From: Catajapyx aquilonaris
Taxonomy: Eukaryota
DNA length: 36,892 nucleotides
Assembly: GCA_000934665.2 (NCBI GenBank)
Contig: KZ539007.1
Location: 1 to 36,892, forward strand
Direction: 5' to 3'
Part shown: positions 34,615-36,892 of the stretch, in pieces
Numbering within the stretch: position 1 is the first letter of the stretch
Layout: each line of letters opens with the position of its first letter
Position numbers and translations under genes: made by a program
Notes under the pieces: generated by a model
The model's database searches: none
Told to the model about the DNA's origin: nothing
Seen by the model: only the letters and a program-made list of their open reading frames with translations

Positions 34615-35210
34615 CAGGGTGTCTCACTACTTACTTTACCCGTAATTTCTTTAATAACTTTAACACGAATGAAGATACCGCAACGAAATTTGAACTGAAC
34701 TAACCTCATTAAGTGAGAAAGGAAATAACGTACATCACAACATATGCTAGAAATGGCAAGCATTTGCGTCCAGGTAGGCCTGAACGTGACGCTCCATATT
34801 TTGGAAGGTCCTGGCCAGCATGTCCTGAAGCAGTGACTGAATGTCTTGGATGATATTTTCTTTCAAGGTGTCGATGGATTGTGGTTGATTTCGGTACATA
34901 CGTATGCCACCCATCACACGTACATGGCCAAAATCCAGTCTTTTTTGGTGACCGAGTCATTTCGAAGGGATTTTGGTCACCTTGGTCGCCCAATCTTGCG
35001 CCTCCGGATTACGTCTTAAGGCCTTTCTGAAAGGCGAGTGTGTCGAAACCAAAATCCATCGACACCATGAAAGAAAACATCATCCAAGAAATTCAGGCAG
35101 CGCCTCAGAACATACTGGCAAGGACTTTCCAAAATGACTGTGAAGCGTCATGGTCAGGCCTGCCTGGGCTGGATGCAAATGGTGGCCATTTCCAGCACAT
35201 GTTGTGTGGT
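34615..35210 (+). mobile_element. degenerate Tc1/mariner-superfamily element whose transposase 3' end is present in both orientations
   Basis: TA|CAGGGTGTC terminus at 34613-34623. The plus strand gives FFGDRVISKGFWSPWSPNLAPPDY..KPKSIDTMKENIIQEI..ANGGHFQHML. The minus strand at ~34892-34735 gives PQSIDTLKENIIQDI..ARTFQNMERHVQAYLDANACHF*HML*. Confidence 0.85.
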
Positions 35211-35379
35211 GCCATTTCCTTTCTCGCCGCACTGCCGGACCACCTTTACCAGACACAACTCACGTCATTTTGACCCCCTCGAATCTTCGCACTGGTGAAC
35301 ACACGTGGCTTCAAAAATTTTACTTGGGTAGATAAAAATCAATTAAAAATAATACCCCTTTACTTCCATGTTCATATCT

Positions 35380-35640
35380 CTTTTCATTTCCGACTTTAAA
35401 AATCCTAAAAACTCCCGAAACGGCCAAAATATGACACTCACTGACTCACTGACTGATCATCAAAATTATACGGCACTTCCAGTGGTCCTAGGATGCTGAA
35501 ATTTGGTATGCTGGTAGATCTTGTCAAACAAACACCAGAATAAATCTGAAAACGCCACTTTCTTGAGTCTAAATGCTCAAAAAAAAATTATTTTCACGAA
35601 GTCTGCTGCTGCTGACCAGATGCGGCATTTTTAACACGGA
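35380..35640. mobile_element. Helitron/Helentron-associated (DINE-1/HINE-like) fragment
   Basis: CACT/GACT microsatellite (CACTCACTGACTCACTGACTGA) followed by GCTGAAATTTGGTATG, close to a PIF1-like remnant. Confidence 0.45.
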
Positions 35641-35741
35641 TTATTTTTTTACTTTGAATTTCCATCCGTTATGCTGGTGCTCCTCCTGCCTTCCCCACGT
35701 TCTCATCTCCTCCCCCCTCCCCCCTCCTGTATACCGCTAGC

Positions 35742-35983
35742 CAACGACGTAGCCAGCCCCCCCCCCCCCCCCCNCCCCCCCGAAATCTTGTGGATTAAAA
35801 AAAACATATCAAGGAAATTACTAATTCATCATTTGGGGGTGGGGGGAAGTGCTACCAATTTCATCTAATACACACCCATTCAAATCTCCCATATTCACCG
35901 AAGCTCGTGTGACCTTAAACCTGAAAAAATTTCGCCTGCGGCGGACCTCCCCCCCTAACTGGATTCCTGGCTATACGTCACTG
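35742..35983. mobile_element. hAT MITE with 8-bp TSD
   Basis: TSD CCGCTAGC at 35734-35741 and 35984-35991. Ends CAACGACGTAGCCAG / CTGGCTATACGTCACTG. Confidence 0.85.
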
Positions 35984-36069
35984 CCGCTAGCTATCTGACT
36001 GAAGCTGCGATTGCATTTCATACAAATACAACTACAAATACCTAAATACCTAAAATACAAAATAATACA

Positions 36070-36457
36070 AATACAAAATTTGAGGTCATCAACAGCCTAT
36101 GTGTACAGGGAACAATTCCCAATTTGTGTGGCGTATGCCATTACCATACAGAGGACAGAGCCAAGGCCAGAGTCTCACTTATGCACTCATCGATATGGGT
36201 TCCTCTGTCTTCTCGTGGCTCTTTCCAGAGTTAAAAGTATCAATGGAGTGCATCTCATCAATGCCTCCTTTACTAACATCAAGGCTCAAGAGTCAGCTAT
36301 TCTGGAGTACGATAGATTGAGATCTGTTTACCGACCAGACTTATCCATACTCAAAAGGGCTAATAAGGCATCGACAGATGTGGTTAAGGATCGCGAATGG
36401 GCTATGCGATCAGGTGTAGCTGATGTCCAATTCGCACAACCAGAACAGAAAAAATGA
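36070..36457 (+). pseudogene. PIF1-family helicase C-terminal remnant of a Helitron/Helentron RepHel
   Basis: REQFPICVAYAITI / (frameshift) SQGQSLTYALIDMGSSVF / VALSRVKSINGVHLI..EYDRLRSVYRPDL correspond to PIF1 motifs V-VI. Confidence 0.8.
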
Positions 36458-36892
36458 AGCGTAATATGAGAAAGCAGAAGAAAATCATACCTATTCAGAG
36501 GAAAAGATAGAGTTTTACATACATTCGTATATAACCTACACATTTTGCTCTAAGTTATTCATTACCTTATTTGGAATATTTAACGGATCATTGCTTCCAC
36601 GCCCAACCGTAGGGGGCTCCCCAAGCTTTCTTATAATTATCCTACACTCCTGCCTACAAAAAGAGGTGAGATCCCACCAAAAACCTTTCAGTAAAAAAAG
36701 GCCAAGTTCTCCTGACTGCTTGGCCGTAAAAAGTGGTGAGATCTGAAATACGGCCAAGTTCAACGTCGCTGTCAATTACTGGCATTCTGAACTTATTCAA
36801 CCTAAACCACTAACTTTATTTTTCCAGGTCGACCTTAAGTTTAATCATCGAAAGATTTTAATGGAATTTCTCTTGCTGTAACTTGGCCATTG

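Noticed and set aside
36536..36775. 79-aa minus-strand ORF at the window end
   Set aside because: No motif could be recognised; possibly decayed transposon sequence.

Overview
Eukaryotic, intron-containing, repeat-rich genomic DNA. It is probably from an invertebrate or arthropod; this is inferred only from ~60-nt introns and the transposon types. One clearly intact conserved gene is present: a single-exon chaperonin-like BBS10 (30845-32188, -), preceded by a spliced-looking leader whose ORF stops in frame 3 nt before the BBS10 ATG. The last exon and 3' UTR of an unidentified gene lie at about 1865-3316 (+). The most unusual part is 10.6-17.6 kb, a mosaic of intron-retaining fragments. In order: a three-exon orphan ORF (-), a ~290-bp spacer-less palindrome from which two related Pro/Glu-rich sequences diverge, a LOTUS/OST-HTH exon, a 5'-truncated unprocessed LARP7 pseudogene, a piggyBac-type end, a frameshifted F-box exon, an internally deleted P-element/THAP9 transposase and EnSpm/SAMD3-like exons. 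The rest holds mariner, Tc1-like, Harbinger-, piggyBac-, pogo- and hAT-type MITEs, four tRNA-derived SINEs with shuffled modules, a truncated LINE, a Gypsy-like 3' LTR and a Helitron/Helentron PIF1 fragment. All identifications are from manual reading and remembered family motifs; no database search was run.
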